From assembly GCA_030390025.1 (NCBI GenBank), contig CM059438.1, positions 52,826,001 to 52,890,000 of the forward strand: DNA of 64,000 nucleotides. The letters are read 5' to 3'. Made by a program: the position numbers and the translations under genes. Origin of the DNA: Squalus acanthias (Eukaryota). The notes beneath the pieces were generated by a model. It made no database searches and was not told the origin of the DNA. It saw only the letters and a list, made by a program, of their open reading frames with translations. Below, in pieces: positions 61,168 through 64,000 of the stretch; the stretch's first letter is position 1; each line of letters begins with the position of its first letter.

Positions 61168-61574
61168 CTAGGAAAGGAAAGAATTCTATTAGTAAAATAA
61201 CAAGCAGCTATTTACTGAGATTGTGAAGGTTTTCTGCAGTTGTTTCTTTTATTATCATGTATTGATCATGTGACCTAAAGCTGCACATATTTGGCCCATT
61301 ATTTAAAGTTGGCTTTGCACAACCTTTAGCGACTGCACTTGTTTTTTCTAAATTGATGCTTTCAATACCCTTCCTCTGATTTACGAGTCAGTGTACAAAT
61401 TACAGAAACAAAGCATCACGTCATTCCCACTATCACCAGCAGTTTTGAGATTTACTGTATATATTGCCCATGAACAGAAAGAGCCAAACTCAGGGACAGG
61501 AAGAAAATATCTTTATGATCTGGGTCCTGCTGCTGGTCAAAGAACTGTCCATCCCATTTTCACAGAGAAAAATC

Positions 61575-63102
61575 ACCAGGACCGGATGAAATGTATCCCA
61601 GGCTGTTAAGAGAAGCAAGGGAAGGAAATAGCAGAGGGTCTGACCATCATTTTCCAATCCTCTCTGGCTACAGGTGTGGTGCCGGAGGACTGGAGGACTG
61701 CTACTGTTGTACCGTTGTTTAAAAAGGGAGAAAGGGATAGACCGAGTAATTACAGGCCAGTCTGCCTAATCTTGGTGGTGGGAAAATTATTGGAAAAATT
61801 CTGAGAGACAGTATTAATCGTCATTAGAAAGGCACGGATTAATTAAGGACAGTCAGCATGGATTTGTTAAGAGAAGGTCATGTCTGACTAACTTGATTGA
61901 ATTTTTTGAGGAGGTAACAAGGAGGGTTGATGTAGTCTACATGGATTTTAGTAAGGCTTCCGACAAGGTCCTACAAGGCAGACTGGTCAGAAAAGTAAAA
62001 GCCCATGGGATCCAAGGGAAAGTGGCAAGTTGGATCCAAAATTGGCTCAGTGGCAGGAAGCAAAGGGTAATGGTTGACGGGTGTTTTAGTGACTGGAAGG
62101 CTGTTTCCAGTGGGGTTCCGCAGGGCTCAGTACTGGGTCCTTTGCTTTTTGTGGTATATATCAATGATTTAGACTTCAATGTAGGGGGCATGATTAAGAA
62201 GTTTGCAGATGATATTGGCCGTGTGGTTGATAGTGAGGAAGAAAGTTGCAGACTGCAGGAAGATATCAATGGACTGGTCAGGTGGGCAGATAAGTGGCAA
62301 ATGGAATTCAATCCGGAGAAGTATGAGGTAATGCATTTGGGGAGGTCTAACAAAGCAAGGGAATACACAATAAATGGTAGGACACTGAGAAGTGTAGAGG
62401 AACAGAGTGACCTTGGAGTGCATGTCCACAGATCCCTGAAGGTAGCAGGAGAGGTTGATAAGGTGGTTAAGAAGGCATATGGGATACTTTCCTTTATTAG
62501 CCTAGGCATAGAATATAAAAGCAGGGAGGTTATGCTTGAACAGTATAAAACACAGCTAGAGTACTGCATACAGTTTTGATCAGCACATTACAGGAAAGAT
62601 GTGATTGCACTAGAGAGGGTAGAGAGGAGATTTACGAGAAAGTTGCCAGGACTGGAGAATTTTAACTATGAGGAAAGATTGGATAGGTTGGGGTTGTTTT
62701 TTTTGGAACAGAGGAGGTTAAGGGGAAACTTAATTGATGTGTATAAAATTATTAGGGGCCTATATAGAGTGGATAGGAAGGAACTATTTCCCTTAGCAGA
62801 GGTCAATAACCAGGGGGCATAGATTTAAGGTAATTGGTAGAAGGTAGAAGGGAGTTGAGGAGAACTTTTTTCACTCAGAGGGTGGTGGGGGTCTGGAGCT
62901 CACTGCCTGAAAAGGTGGTAGAAGCAGAAACCCTCATCGCATTTGAAAAGTACTTGGATATACACTTGAAGTGCCATACCCCATAGGGCTACGGACCAAG
63001 AGCTGGAAAATGGGATTAGGCTGGATAGCTCTTTTTCGGCCGGCACAGACACGATGGGCTGAATGGCCTCCTTCTGTGCCATAAATTTCTGTGATTCTAT
63101 GA
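61575..63102 (+). mobile_element. CR1 3' half, degenerate (family of 5585-6640)
   Basis: RT ORF 61893-62579, 3' UTR and gtgattctatga tail. Confidence 0.92.
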
Positions 63103-63790
63103 ACAGAGCAACTGTGAGGATTTTTGAGGCCAATGCATCAGGACAACTTTGTTGTGCCTGAGTTTGTGGGAACCAATTTTGTTAGCGGGAATACAACTTC
63201 AGGTAATCATGACTTAACTTTAATAATGCTCTTTTCATACTTAGCAAACAAATAATGAGCCACTTAACCAGTACAAATAATGAAAATTTTACTAATTCAG
63301 CTGTGAATAATGAAAACTTCAGGGACATTAAAATCAAAAAGCCCATTCTATGTTCAAGGTCCCTTGGATTGAGTCATTGAGATATAGGAAGACACTGTTG
63401 GTGGAGCATATAATTATGCTACAGTTACAAAGTCCCTGATTTTAACCCAACCTGCTCTGTGGGAAGGGTGAGTAGTTAAAATTGCAAAAATTGACTTAGC
63501 GCCCCGTTCCTGCCAAAAACTCGCCAACTGCCATTTGAGCTCAGAGCTGACTTGGATCAGAAAAGCAACCGCCAGAAATAGGCGAGTGCCTCATGAATAA
63601 ATTCAAATAGGGATCTGATAATGTAATTTGGACCCCAGTGCAAATTTAACTGGGCAGGTCAGATGTCCCACCCTACAGCAAACCCGCTGAGTAAAACTTA
63701 GTGGCATTGACTTCACAAGTTGACTGACATGACTGGAAGCTGAATTTAAAAGGGCACTCACCTGCAGGCACTTAGGTGATTAGAATCTTT

Positions 63791-64000
63791 GGGCTGGATT
63801 TTCATAGAGCCGTTGAGGCGGGATTGGAGGCGTGTGTGGGGGTTAAAATTGCAGAAACTGGTGGGTGGGCCCAAACCCGCCTCCACGCAATTTTGATGAA
63901 ATCGTGTCTACTGGTCCCGTCGTCTCCAAGAGGCGGGAAAGGCCGTTAATGCCCTTAACAAGCCCTAAATTGGCTCTGTAATGCCATTTTGATAGTTATT
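63791..64000 (+). mobile_element. Left end of another Harbinger element, running off the window
   Basis: GGGCTGGATTTTC terminus, GAGGCGGG subterminal motifs, colinear with 54374-54590. Confidence 0.75.

Noticed and set aside
61168..64000. ABCG2 exon-11 equivalent
   Set aside because: No matching 90-bp exon seen; the region is CR1 and DNA-transposon sequence.

Overview
Eukaryotic, repeat-saturated genomic DNA. The repeat families suggest a cartilaginous fish (inference). The only host gene I can support is an ABCG2-like transporter on the minus strand: four internal exons with canonical AG/GT ends, equivalent to human exons 12-15 (61043-61167, 49514-49668, 28807-28896, 27278-27396). Its introns are about 11.4 kb, 20.6 kb, 1.4 kb and over 27 kb. 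Almost everything else is nested transposable elements: three full-length young CR1 LINEs with an SGNH-esterase ORF1 (one with both ORFs open), a 5'-truncated CR1 with an open ORF2, many CR1 remnants, Zenon-like LINEs, PIF/Harbinger transposons (DDE transposase plus convergent spliced Myb/SANT gene), Harbinger-type CpG-rich MITEs, a hAT MITE, Penelope remnants, L2 fragments and a Deu-domain SINE. The most unusual observations are: (1) an endonuclease/RT-coding LINE that begins with a tRNA-derived Pol III head in two copies; (2) a CR1 ORF2 inserted in frame into a Harbinger transposase; (3) swapped tandem-monomer 5' ends among sibling CR1s; (4) a hammerhead-ribozyme motif in a 145-bp Penelope-type insert; (5) a remodelled substrate cavity and longer extracellular loop in the ABCG2-like protein. 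All calls were made by eye; no searches were run, and boundaries of degenerate elements are approximate.
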